From assembly GCF_963921235.1 (NCBI RefSeq), contig NC_086097.1:52268001-52332000 (forward strand): a stretch of DNA of 64,000 nt, in the 5' to 3' direction. Made by a program: the position numbers and the translations under genes. Within the stretch, counting starts at the first letter, position 1, and each line of letters begins with the position of its first letter. The notes beneath the pieces were generated by a model. The model saw only the letters and a list, made by a program, of their open reading frames with translations. It made no database searches and was not told the DNA's origin. This DNA is from Mobula hypostoma (lineage: Eukaryota). This document shows positions 1 to 12,779 of this stretch, one piece after another.

Positions 1-89
1 TTAAGTTGCTACTAAGAATGTACTTGAGTTAAAACCCCATGAGTTCAGATCTAACTCTTTTCATACTTCCTTATGACAGTAAAGCGGGT

Positions 90-350
90 AATTCAGTCCA
101 TTGAATCTGTACTAGTTCACAGAGCAATCTCATTCTTCTACTTATTTTCCATTAACCTATTCTCCTCATAGTCCCATCAACCAACAGCCTCCACCCCTCA
201 GACTGTGCCATCAGCTTAGGCACTAAGAGCAACTCAGGGTGTCAATTAACCTATCAACCCTCACATCTTCAGGATGTAGGAGGAAACCGCAGCACCTGGA
301 GGAAACTTGTGCTCTCATGGTGCCAATGCGCAAACTGCACACAGAAGAAT
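90..350 (-). mobile_element. HE1/V-SINE-type tRNA-derived SINE, degenerate
   Basis: aggaggaaaccgcagcacctggaggaaact...gcgcaaactgcacacaga matches the reverse complement of the V-SINE central domain; CR1-like tail near 90-130. Confidence 0.75.
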
Positions 351-1109
351 GTGCAAACTCTTGGGAGCAGATGTCCAGCCCCTTGCTAAAGGAATGTTGC
401 AAATAATATCTTTTTGATGGGAAAAGGCCCTTTCAAATGGATAAAAATTTGGCATGAGAATGATCAGAAAGTACAAATCTCATGAGCATCTAGTCAAAAT
501 GAATCACTAACTCCTCATCCACAATGCATGTAAACATCTCGATGGACTTCATTTTCCAAGGAACAGTTCTGCACGTAACTGCTGGGATTTCATTACATGC
601 ATGTCAGCAAATTCTGGGTATACGTGAATACACGCGTAACGGATTAGGACACCAGTGAAGCAGCTACTGTGCTGCTCAGGGCCTGGGGTCCACATCTAGC
701 TTTGCTCTTCCTGAAAGAAGCAATAGAATATTTGGAGTAAGGCAAATTTACAGGAGCAGGGTAGGATGTTGGCGATATCGTGTCAGGCAAATGCAAGACC
801 TGCTGTAAATGGGAGAACAAAAGGTTCGCGCCTTTTCTGCACAAACCTCTTGGGGACACAGTCCAATCTAACTGGGTACCCAGCACTCTCGTCAGAGAGC
901 CTTAAATGGACCCTGAGTGGGTGTTTCGCAGAACAATCAAGAAGCACTTGAATTGCAAAGAGGAGAAAGCACACCAATTCTCTCAGGAGTTGCCCTCGAT
1001 CCCCTGGCCTCAGGCCACAAGCAATGGACAAGCTGGACCAGTGCAATTTTTCTCAGTGCCGGCAACGTTCACACAGGGCCGAGGGTGGAATGCAACTTGG
1101 AGCTGAGAA

Positions 1110-1510
1110 CTGGCACCAGTGGCTTAACCTCCAAGCTAGAATGGTATGAATTCACACCAGAGGCTGAGGAGAAAATGTAGGCTGATGCGCTCTGCCTCCT
1201 CACTGCTTTGACATAATTCTGAGCAATTAAACCAGAACTTCATCTGTTCCACCAGGTGGGTAAAAAAAAAAGCACAATGCCACTGATTAGGAGAAGAGTA
1301 GGAGAGCTCTTCCCATTCCAGCTCAGCCCCTGAACCAGCATCACTAAAGCAAATGGTCATTATCACTCTCTGTGGAAGTTTACTGTGCACAGATTGCCAG
1401 CAGCACTTCTTAAATGACAACATAGATAATACCTCATTGGTATTTATATGCCTAGACAGCACTTAAGACATCCAAACATTGTTAAAAACACCACAAACTG
1501 TTCTTCATTC
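1110..1510 (+). mobile_element. DeuSINE (SacSINE1/AmnSINE1-like), degenerate
   Basis: Colinear with the Deu-domain consensus as I recall it: ttaaaccag..catctg..caggtggg, gaagagtaggagag, catcactaaagcaaatggtcattatcac, ctgtgcacagattg. Confidence 0.7.
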
Positions 1511-2569
1511 TTTATTGGCCATTTATATATTTCAGGGTATGAACCGTGCATTAGAGTTACTGACATTCCAAAGAACAGAAGCAAAAGCTATGGAACAGCA
1601 GAAGGAACTTTTATAGACAAATTTTAATATGAAATTGATTTCATGATAAAAGCATTGCAAATGTTAAAATGGTAACAACTTGAGCTATGAAGGAAATTTG
1701 AAAATGAAATTGGATATTTGCAGGGTGTTTCCACTTGCTCTCCACTCATAAGCTGCCACATGACACTGACCCTCTTCTGATTATAAATCTTCAAGGAGCT
1801 TCTGTTTCAATAAGGGTCACCAAAGTTCAAAGACTCAGCTATACTTTAAACAACTGCATCAATAGTGAAATGTTTTGATTGGATTAAGCCAGATTTAGGA
1901 TTCATTAATGAGCAAATGAAAAGGAACTTGGCAGCTTGACAAAGTAGAGTATGTGATGCTTCAGAGCTAACAAACAAAGGAGGAGTTCAAAGGTTTCAGG
2001 TTGGCCATTTCCAAAGTCCATTTCCTTGATTCTCCACACCAAGATGAAATATGACCGACAGTGATAACTGGAGTCCTGGTGTTGAGGCCTAAAACAGCTT
2101 TTCTTTGGTTTCCGCACAAAGTTAGACCTTATCTCTTCGGGCAAAAATTGAGATATTGGCTCCACATGGGCTTGTACAATAATCATGAATAACTAGTCAG
2201 GCAATGTCAAAACCATGGCAGTTCACGATAATCAAATGCATTTGCTTGTTGAACAATGGCTCCTCTCTTGAAAGCTCAACAAATGAATAAAACTTTATTT
2301 GTTTTGCCTTCACTTGTTCTCATTGATATTCAGAGATGTACTACATAAAAGACTGAAAGTCAGAGCATGTTATGTCAAAGACTAAGTAGGAGGACAGAGA
2401 CGAAGTGAAGGGTAGAGATAAAGTTTGCTCCTCAGAGTGGAAATAGTGTTTTGCAATGATTGGTGAGAGACTACTACTGTTCTCCAATTATTGTACATCA
2501 AGTTGGCATGGCTACAATTTCAATCATATCACCCAAAATGAAACACAGGAAAAACTGAAAAAAAATACT

Positions 2570-4050
2570 GAGAGAAGTTAATAAACTTGACGAAAGATGA
2601 TCCATCTTGGCTTCCTCAGGAGATTTCCACCGTCACAGAAGCCAGCTTCCAGCTAATTTGATTTATTTCATGTGATATCAAGAAATAGCAGAGGACACCT
2701 GATACAGTAAGGCTAAGGGAGCAGAAAACACAGACTGTAGCACTGAGGATCTGCATTCCAAAAGTAACTGTGACTCCAGCCAAGATATTTCAGTAGGGTT
2801 ACAACCACAACAATGTGGAAAATTGTACAGGTATGCCTTGTCCAAAGAGCAGGATAAACTCAATCTTGCTACTTGCCCCAAATCATTTTACTTACAATCA
2901 CCACCAGAATGATGGAGGTGTAATCAATGATGCTATTATAGGTGGAACTTTCAATAACGTGTTTACCAGCCATAGAAGTGGACCAATGAGCTGAATTCCA
3001 GAGATTAAATAAGAGTGACTACTCTTAGCATCAAATCAACATTTGACTAAGTATGGCACATTTTAAGGCCAGTAAAACAGAAACAGGGGGCATCAAAGAG
3101 AAATTATTCCATGACTGGAGTTACACCTTGCACTATTGAAGATGGTTGTTGGAATTTATTCCCAGGGTATCACTGCAGAACTTCCTCAGGTCAATGTCAT
3201 AGGGACAAGCATCTTCAGTTGCTTCATCAATTCAGTTTCTTCAATCCATGATCTCAGAAGCGAGAAAGTTCACCAATGATTTCATTGAGATTAATTGCAT
3301 CTGCAGTTCCTCAGCTAGTGCATGCATATAAGAACTAGCCAATGTTCAGACATGGGTTTATAGATGGTTGGGACGTATCAGGCAGTAACCATCTTCAAGC
3401 AGAGCATGTCTAGCCAGATACTCTTGATGCTCAATTGCATTACAATAATTGAGTTCCTAATCTTCACCATCCTGAGTGCCACCATTGATTAGAAGCTCAG
3501 TTGGACCATCCACATGAATATTATGGCTACAAGAGCAGGTCAGATTTTAGATATCCCGATGGCCAAATTCACATCTCCTGGCATGCCAAGTATTTCCCAC
3601 CATCTACAAGGCACAAATCAGGAGCATGATAGAGAAGCAGAGCTCCAACAAATCTTGAGCTCAGCACAATACTGATCAAGCAACTTGCTTGATAGCCATC
3701 TCTTTAACCACTTGAAGCATCTATTCTCTCCACCATTGGAATGTAGGCTGCAAGTGTATTATCTACTTATAAAAATGTATTGTTGTTACTTATCAGGATA
3801 CACAATCTCCACCACCAAGAAGGACAAAGGCAGCAAATGCTGGGACCACCACCAACAACAGGTTCCCCTCCATGTGGTCTGATCTGGAAATATACCACCA
3901 TTCCTTCATCATTACTGAATCTGAATACTGGAATGCACTACTTTCACCAGAAGGGCTGCATCAGTTCAAGAAAGGAGCTCACAATCACTTTTTCAAGGGC
4001 AGTAAATTCTGGCCTAATCAGCGATGCTCATATCTCTGAAAATGACTGTA
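2570..4050 (+). mobile_element. Ancient CR1/L2-group LINE 3' portion (clade unresolved)
   Basis: Degenerate RT motifs (tggaaaattgtacaggtatgccttgtc; cctcaggtcaatgtcataggga = PQGS-like; catctacaaggcacaaatcaggag) and 3' tail gggcagtaaattctggcctaatcagcgatgctcatatc. Confidence 0.7.
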
Positions 4051-4129
4051 AAAAATGGCATGTAATTGGAAAGTGAGTTTCAGTACACAAACTAGGCATG
4101 AAGGCAGTTTAGGATGAGTTTTTTTTAGA

Positions 4130-4810
4130 AGGGTACACTTCTGATCCCTATTTTAACAATAAGATAAAGATACTCGAGAAGGTGCAAAATATATTTGCCA
4201 GGATGATGCCACAACTGACTCTGTATCTATCAGGGAGGACTGACAGGCAGAAGGAACCTCTTTTCTCAGCAATTCACTGCCAGAAAGTTGAACTGAGGTG
4301 AACGGCATTGATGCAAGTAACAAGACGCTCAGTAAGCATGAGAGTGAAAGGAATAGAAGATTAAGCTGATAGATTTGGACAAAAAGGTACCTTATGTAGA
4401 GTTTAAATGTAGGTATTGAGCAGTAAAGCCGAGCTGGATCGATTCTGCATTGTGAGCGCTGTGCAGTCTATGTCATTAAAGAAGAGGGAGCCAGTCATGG
4501 TAATGACTTGGGTAGATATTTAGAATTATGAGCATTTTCAATTAACGAGAACATCACCTATTGCTATCTGCATAAATCCATAAACTGAGGGATCAAAAAC
4601 TCAGTGGAAGGTTTAAAGATCATCTATCTACAACATGATTTTTTTACACAGCGTGATAGTTGCTGGGATCGTGCTGATAGGGGTAGTGGTAGAAGCAGAT
4701 ACAGTAGCAACATTTAAGACAGCACATGAACAGACAGGGATTAGAGGGATACTGACTTTATGCAGGCATTGTCAGCATAGATATTATGGTCTGTGCTTAC
4801 TATTCTGTTT
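4130..4810 (+). mobile_element. Old CR1 3' fragments
   Basis: gagaaggtgcaaaatatatttgccaggatgatgcca; tttttacacagcgtgatagttgctgg...gtagtggtagaagcagatacag resemble CR1 ORF2 C-terminus and 3' UTR. Confidence 0.55.
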
Positions 4811-5799
4811 TATAAAACTGAAATGTTTATCTGGTTTAGAGAGGTCACAGCTGATATATAGAAAAGTACAGACAATAAAACAATAAAACAGTATTTCTAA
4901 TAATGGGTTTAAAACATATTACAGAGACAGGAGAACACAGACTTCATTTTACTGTTTCTCCATTGCACTGATAGTAACGGCATTACTTGTTTAGAATGAA
5001 ATAAAACTATTCTGAGTTGCATAAAATATCTTTGCTCTATTTTGCTTGTCTGATGATAAAACCATACGGTGATGCCACTTTGAATTTTTTGGATGCAAAA
5101 ACAATAAATTATTTCACAAATATCAGTATGAACTAGCCTTATAAAGAGCTTTTTTTGCTATATAATGCATGAATGTATGTGCCAGCATTTGTATAGAATT
5201 AAATCTCTCACTACTGGCTAAGTGCCAAAACAATACAATTTCTGTCACTTTGACAGGGAACCATGTCTCTTGTGTGAAAAGGAGGAAAGAAATTTTGGCA
5301 TATTACTATTTTTGAAAACTAGCAGAATTCAGCTGTGGTACAAAGAGCTGTTGCTTTATTTATGGGACCTTACTTTTCCTTTGGTTTCTCACATTTTTCA
5401 AGTTAAATATTGAATTTCTATAGAACATTGATAGTTAAAAAGCTGTGAGGATAATAAAACTATGCATACCCACTAATTTTACCGCATTCACAGTAAGATA
5501 CCCTTCTCAAGTCATGGACCACAAGGATTTGATAATAAAACCAACATTCCAATCTTAATATGATATATCTTGATTTGATCAATAGACTAGCAATTTTCAG
5601 TGAGTTTGGCTTTGAGGACAATAAACCGAAGCTGGATGGGGTGTGGGCTGTTGTAGGACAGCAGAATTAATCCAGATTACTGCTGATCATGAGGTCTACA
5701 TGATCGTGTCCATTTTCTCAATCATTGTTTTTTTTGAATTACTGCACTTATAAAATAAAATATTTGTTCCAAATGGCACTGACAAATATTACCATTTAT

Positions 5800-6190
5800 T
5801 TCCATACGACCGTAAGACATACGAGCAGAGTAGGTTTCGGTGAAATCCCTCCTCATTCTTCTAAACTCCAGTGAGTACAGGCCAGTGATATCAAACACTC
5901 CTCATATGTTAACCCTTTCATTTCCAGGTACATTCCCGTAAGCCTCCTCTAGACCTTCTCTAAAGCCAGCACATCCTTTGTTAGGTAAGGGTCTACAACT
6001 GCTCATGATATTCCAAATGTGGTCTGACCAATGCCTTATAAAGGTTCAACATCACTTTCTTGCTTTTATACTCTAGTCTTCTCAGAATGAATGCTAACAT
6101 TGCATCCACCTTCCTTACTACCAGCTCAGACTGAAAGTTAACCTTCAGGGAGTCCTGCACAAGGACTCCCAAGTCCATTTGCACCTTCAA
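5800..6190 (-). mobile_element. CR1 LINE, 3' part (continues at 8040-8955)
   Basis: ORF 5993-6229 contains DLGVLVQDSLKV...LYKALVRPHLEY; tail at about 5800. Confidence 0.9.
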
Positions 6191-6209
6191 TTTCTTCCAA
6201 CACACTTGA

Positions 6210-8040
6210 CCACTGTTATATCGTGCCATCCCATACCCGCACTTTGGAAAGTCTGATCACATGGCTGTACTTCAACTCCGATGTACAGGCAGAGACTAAC
6301 AATCGCAGCACTAGCAATGAGGACCAAGAATGTACGGTCAAGGGAGGTGGAGGAGTATTGACAGGACTGCTTTGAGAGGGTGGACAATATTCAGGAGTTC
6401 ATCTTTGAATCTGAATGAATATGCCTCATTTGTTATCAACTTCATCAAGACCTGTGTGCATGAGTGTGTGTCTTTAAGAACATACTGGACATATCCATAC
6501 CAAAAGCTGTTGATGTCAGAGCACTGGAGCAGGGGTCCAATCGCAGACTGTGCACACAGTGATATTGATTGAGTAACAAATCCCGAGGTGCAAACAAAGT
6601 TGACATTAAAGTTCAGGCAGAGATCAAAACATCCAGAGAAATTCAAAAACCTTAATCAGGAAACAGGCAGAGTTGATATTCAGACAGACAGAGTACAGAT
6701 AGAATGGTGTAAAAGCTCAGGAAAATTCACTGGCACAATCTGGCAACAAACAGGAGAATACACAGGACTGAAATACACTGAGCAATAAACAGAGAGGCAG
6801 ATGATAGGTGGAGCACAATGAGACACAGGTGGCAGCAACACAGGTAATAATGAGAAACAGATGAGAGACGGAGTACTCAGTAATACAGGGGCCGGAGTAG
6901 AGCAGGAGCGGGGGCAGGAGCACATGGCAATACAAAACCACAGACTGACAGCTAGGGGGAAACACACAAAAAGACAGAGTTCAACTGGAGGTACTGACAG
7001 TTGATAAACCAGGAGATTTATAGTCTGAGGGCTAGATCTGTGTCATTCAAGACCATTGATCCAGAACAGTACAAGAAGTTCAGATATGACCTATGGAAGA
7101 CTATTTTAAGAGCATAACAAAACAATTCCAGTTGAGGTTAGAGATGGAATCAGATGCACGTCAGCTCTGGCAAGATCTACAGGCCACTACAATCAATACT
7201 GGGACACCTAGCCTACTGCTCCACTCTCTCTTCACCCACAGCTGTGTGGCTAGGCACAAACCAAAGACCATCCATACATTTGTCAAAATCACTGCTGTTT
7301 TTGACAGAATATCAGATGGTGAAGAGGAGACTTACAGGAGGAGGGTAGATCAGCCGGTAGAGTGATGTCGCAGCAGCAACCTTGCACTCAACTTCAGTAA
7401 GTCCAAGGAATTGATGGTGGACTTCAGGAAGGGGAAGTCAATGGAACACACACCAGTCCTCATCGAGGGATCAGCAGTGGAAAGGGTGAGCAGTTTCAAG
7501 TTCCTGGGTGTTAACATCTCTGAATATCAACCCTGGGCCCAATATATCAATGCAATTATAAAGAAAGAATGAAGGCAGTTAGCAGTTTGAGGAGATTCAT
7601 TATGTCACCAAAGATTCTCGCAGATTTCTACAGACGTACCGTGAACATTCTAACTGGTTGCATCACCATCTGGTAAGGAGGGGCCACTGCACAGGATCAG
7701 AAAAAGCAGGAGAAAGTTTCTAACTCAGCCAACTGCATCACGGGCACTAGTCTGCTCATCAGGGACGTCTTCAAAAGGCAATGCCTCAAAAAGGTGGCAT
7801 CCATCGTTAAGAGCCCCCATCACTCAGGACATGCCCTCTTCTCATTGTTATCATCAAGGAGGAGGTACAGGAGCCTGAAAACACACACACTCAGTGTGTT
7901 AGGAACAACTTCAGATTTTTGAATGGACAATGAATTTCCTATTGAAATTTATAGCTTTTTTATTACGTATTGCAATGTATCACAAAGCAACAAATTTCAC
8001 AGCACATGCCAGTGATATTAAACTTCATTCTTATTCTGAG
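6210..8040 (+). mobile_element. Rex1/Babar LINE, internally deleted, inserted in CR1 and split by a solo LTR
   Basis: LNEYASFVINFIKTCVHECV..RTYWTYPYQK; later KELMVDFRK and SSFKFLGV motifs; tail aaatttcacagcacatgccagtgatattaaac. Confidence 0.85.
6514..6999 (-). mobile_element. Solo LTR (Gypsy-type), 486 bp
   Basis: TGTCA...TGACA termini; 5-bp TSD GTTGA at 6509-6513 and 7000-7004; removing it rejoins the Rex1 sequence. Confidence 0.9.
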
Positions 8041-8955
8041 TTCACTCCCCATTTTGAAAATAGTCTACACCTTTATTCCTTCTACCAAAGTGCATGACCA
8101 TACATTTCCCTGCACTATATTCCATCTAACACTTCTAATCAGTCCACGTCCTTCTGCAGACTCACTGCTTTCTCAATACTACCTTGCCCCTCCATCTGTA
8201 TTTGTATCATCTTCAAACTTGGTCACAAAGCCATTAATTCTGTCTTCGAGATTATAACATATAATGTGAAAAGTTGCAGACTCAACACTGACAGCCATGG
8301 AACTTCACTAATCACCAACAACCAACCAGAAAAGGGCTCCTTTATTCCCATTCTTTGCCAGTCAGCCAATCTCCTGTCCATGCTAGCATCTTTCTTGTAA
8401 TACCAGTGGCCCTTATCTTGTTTAGCAGCTTCAATTGGCTGCACCTTGTCAAACGCCTTCTGAAAATCCAAGTAAACAAAATACACTGATTCTCCTTTGT
8501 CTATTCTGCCTGTTATTTCCTCAAAGAACTCCAACAGATATGTCAGGCAAGAATTCCCTTTAAGGAAACCAAGCTCATCAGCTTATTTTATTGTGTGCCT
8601 CCAAGTACCCCAAAACCTCATCCTTAATAATGGACTCCAACATCTTCCTAACAACTGAAGTCAGGCTAACTGACCTAGAATTTCCTTTCTTCTGCCTCTC
8701 TTTGTCCTTGAGCAAGGCACTTAACCACACATTGCTCTAGTGTCTGTGCGAGGAGTGGCGCCCCACACAGACTTCCAATCTGCCTTGTAAGGCAAGAAAA
8801 TGCCCGATGCAGGCCTCTCGTGGTCTGAGTCGATGTTCCCCCCTGCCTCTCTCACTCCTTAAAGAGTGGAGTTGCATTTGTGATTTTCCAGTCCTATGGC
8901 ACCATTCCAGAATCTACTGATTCTTGAAAGAAAACTACTAATGCCCCCACAATGA
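8040..8955 (-). mobile_element. CR1 LINE RT region (5' continuation of 5800-6190)
   Basis: ORF 8223-8534 EFFEEITGRIDKGESVYFVYLDFQKAFDKV. Confidence 0.9.
8702..8842 (+). mobile_element. 5'-truncated SINE inside CR1
   Basis: gtccttgagcaaggcacttaacc SINE motif; 10-bp TSD CTGCCTCTCT at 8692-8701 and 8843-8852. Confidence 0.75.
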
Positions 8956-10089
8956 TTATTAGAAATTTCAAAAGAAATAACAAATGCAGCTTCGGACTGG
9001 AAGAATCTTTCTGACATTGATAGGTTTCCTCAGCAACACTATCAAGCAATAATATCCTAATCAATGATTACTCTTACAAAACAACTTCTGGAATTCCAGA
9101 TAAATTCTTCCAGGTTTTATCCTAACAATTCTTATGTTTTGTTCCTGAGAGCTCAAGTGCTCCTGTGTTTTGATTTTAGTTACCCACATCCTTTGAGATT
9201 ATACAAAGTGTTTTTGTTTTCTGTTGGGTTGTCAGATGAATTACACAATCGGTGTTTCTTCTTACAGAATCATGTGGGATTTGATAACGTGGGAAACTGG
9301 TATTTCTTGTTGAACCATTCCTTGAATAGGTCTTTATCTGGAGTGAACTGACTGTTGAATCACGACTTTCTGGAATACATACCTCCACGACAAGAACAAC
9401 TGCAAATAAGGTATGAAGATAATGGACCATGATAGACCACTGGGGGACACTTGCTGTTGGTCAGGGCTGACTGTTCCAGATGGGGTGAGAAGGGGAGAAA
9501 CAGAAAGGAAAAGAGGATGACAAATCCTGCAATCTCTCATCTCCCTACTTTTATCTGCACTAAATCCAGCTGAGACTGTCATTACCAGAGCAAGGACTTG
9601 AACCACAACAGACAAAGTTGAATGCAGAGTTGTTCACCAAGGCTACTGTATATTTGGCAGCATCTGTCAGATTTGACAACTCCGACACTGCGCCTGAAAT
9701 TATAATTTTCCATGTGAAGGATTTATGTTCCTTCTCTTTTTCCTGACAATTGGCTACTGAAGAATAAAGATTTCTGTCGGTATTGACAATATAATTGCCA
9801 GCAGTCTCTGATTACTGGCACTGCTGGACCTTGTCTGTTTGTTAGTTGTGCATCACAGTACATTAATAATGTTTACAGCAAGGCTTCTCGTTTCTTTAGC
9901 TGATCCGTCATTATTTGACTCTGCTTCATTTCTTCCTCATTACATCCGTGAGCAGAAGCGGTATTTGCAAGTTGCATTAACCCACATTCTTTGGAAAACT
10001 TATCTGCTACTGCTAGTATATTATTTGTCATAAACTTTAAGTTTCCCTTGGTGGGAAGAACATATCTTATTTAGTAGAGTAATTTCTGT

Positions 10090-11250
10090 GCAATGGGAGA
10101 GTTGTATTCATTCTATATGTCTCATGGCATTATGCAAAGGGAAGGTGGTGAATTGCTTCAGTGCCTCCTTTCAGCACCATATGACACTGTTAATCATTGA
10201 AGGCTGCTTAATTGTATAATAAATAACTGTAGCTCCTTCCCACTGATGTCAAAAGGGAACCATCACATTTTTTTACATCAGAGGAAAACACAGTTGCTGG
10301 CATTTGCACAACAGTATACTGCAAGGAAGTGCATTGGAAACCCTGTTCCTTAACTTTTACATGACTGAACAACCAAACACTTTCAGCTTGATCCATGGGA
10401 TGACCTGCTATCAGTTACACAAACAGGAAACTTCACCCATTCGGGCCACAAGATAACAGCTGCACCAACCAGACTGGCTGTCTATTATACCGCTAATCAA
10501 CTTAAATGAATCCAAACGAATCGCAGGCCAGCCTCTTCCACCTGCCTGATCTAGATGTGGATAAACAGCTGAGCGTCAGCTGGAACAGTCGTTGCACAAA
10601 CCCAAATATTCCAGGTGCCCCTGCACCCGACAGTTGCTCACAAGGGCAAAGTAAAGTCGGCACACAAAGCAACAACCCCTGGAAGTTTGCACGAGATGTG
10701 ACCTGCCAGACACACACACGAATAGAATCACTGTGCCTGCCCTGCCCTGTGTTACTCTAGTGCTGAGTGCTTCCCAATATGGGAATGTGCTGCCCACTCA
10801 AAAAATAAACAGCAAGCAGTGGGTGATAGCCACAGAACCATCATTAAGCCAACTAGTATTAACAGTTTATGCATGTTAACTGAAGTAGCCTACCAGCCAA
10901 GGAGAAAGAGGGCAGCAGAGGATGTCTAACACCCTGACACGGTCTTATCACCACTGAAAACCGCATCATAGCTACAGGTTCCTGCAAGGGGCAGCAGCAG
11001 GTAAAACATGCTGGTCTTTGACAGTGGAGCAGATTGGATGTCAGCAACTGAACAGCTTTCCCCATGTGCACAGGGGACATGGACAACCAAGAGAGCTGGG
11101 ACTGTACCCCAGCACAGTTAAGAGTTGATATGGTGAAGGGCGGAAAGTTACTCTCCTTGAAACTCGGCTTGTGACAAAAGGCATATCATGCAACACCTGT
11201 TGATCTGCTCACTGCTCAAGGGTGGTTTGGGACGTTGTCAAGGCCACCTC
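10090..11250 (+). mobile_element. Vingi/Ingi-type non-LTR retrotransposon remnant (RT to C-terminal zinc finger)
   Basis: Ordered motifs LSAPYDTVNH (10168), QGSALETLFLNFYMTEQP (10322), DDL (10399), NPNESQASLFHL..QLSVSWN (ORF 10506), ALCYSSAECFPIWECAAH (10744), CDKRHIMQHLLIC (11170). Confidence 0.75.
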
Positions 11251-12281
11251 ACAAGCTTTGCATTGTAGACACTAAGTACTTTGGTGGATGGACGCAGGAA
11301 CAAAAAGGTACTCTTTATTTTGTCTATCTGGTGAGCCTGTGGTTTTTTGCCCCACTCTGCTTTCTGTATGTAATCCAATAACAGAGCAAAAACTGACTGA
11401 CAGTAGCCTTCACTAAGGTAATTGTTCACAAATCCTTCACCAGATTAGGCCTGATGCACAATCTGCCCCTGATTCATTTCAATTGAAACTTTACACCTGC
11501 AAGGAAGAAAGATGTTACGTATGTTTTTATTTTGCTGTGCTTCATTGATTGGGTCCAGTGTGTTTTCTGAAATAATCTTGTTCTCACAGAAGGCTGAAAT
11601 TCATGACATTATCAGATGATACCAAGTTTTTCTTTGGCAGTTGTAAAATTGTACATTATGTAAAACTTTCAGTAAACAAAAGCTTTTTTTTCTAGAGGCA
11701 GCTCATCAATAATTCTATCTGCAGTGGGAATATTTCACATATTATGCAGAATGTACTGAGCTTGAAAACATACAGTAGTTTGCATTCAATAGGTCCTCAC
11801 CACAGTGTCTGCTCCACACAAAAAGCTGTGCTCACCCAGCCTCCCCTTAAATTTGCTGGATCAGCTACCTGAGCAGCTACTGGTAGTAGCATGTTGCGCA
11901 TTCTAATCAGGCACTGAATAGAGAAGTTTCTTTTGAATTCCCTGCTGGATTTATTACTGGGCTATCTGTGACTACTAGCTTTACCCTTCCCGTTACTGCA
12001 AATATCCTCTCAAGATCTGGATTGGTGTAAATCCATTCGTGTTCTTAAAGGTCACCCCCCCTGTATTCTCTTCACAAGAGAAAGGAAACCCAGCATAGTT
12101 GGTGCTTCATAACAATTATAAGCCTTCTGTTCCTGTGTCAATTTGTTTTTGCAAATTTATCTCTGCATCTTCTTCCACATTATTTCAAAAGCTTATTGAG
12201 TGCCATTGGACACAATTTAACCAATCTCCTGATTTATCCCTGTTATGACAGGGAAGAAAATAGACAACAATGGTAACTCCT

Positions 12282-12410
12282 AAGCAACACACACAAAATG
12301 TAGGAGGAACTCAGCAAGCCAGTCAGCATCTATGGAAATGAATAAACAGTCGACATTTCATGAGTGTGGTGCTTTGTATTTCCAGCATCTACAGACTTTC
12401 TCATGTTTAT
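12282..12410. mobile_element. Short Penelope-derived fold-back element, internally deleted
   Basis: caacacacacaaaatg..ggaggaactcagc head, ttccagcatctacaga end; 13-bp TSD AATGGTAACTCCT at 12269-12281 and 12411-12423. Confidence 0.8.
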
Positions 12411-12698
12411 AATGGTAACTCCTCATCTGTAAAACTCAAGAGATTTGGTTTGCTACGCAAGGCATCTGAGAATGATGTTGTCTCCCTCTTGTGACAGAAA
12501 CAGAATATGGCAATATAGCTTGTTTCCTGAGAAGAAATACGACAGGTTAACAAAATGGGCAATTGCTTTTCTTAAGACTAGGCAACTATTGATTGCTTTG
12601 GATTCTTAAGAATATCAGTACTTTGGCAAAATAACTGAATAGCCAAATTCCATTTTATTCCAAGTTAAAATTTGGTTATTGTAAAAGTCCTTGTAAAT

Positions 12699-12779
12699 CA
12701 GGGGTTCCCAGCCTTTTTTATGCCATAGACCAATGTCATTAAGTAGGGGGCCTGTGAAGCCCAGGATGGGAATGCCCTG
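12699..12779. mobile_element. hAT (Charlie-like) MITE, 81 bp
   Basis: Imperfect TIR CAGGGGTTCCCA...TGGGAATGCCCTG; 8-bp TSD TTGTAAAT at 12691-12698 and 12780-12787. Confidence 0.85.
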
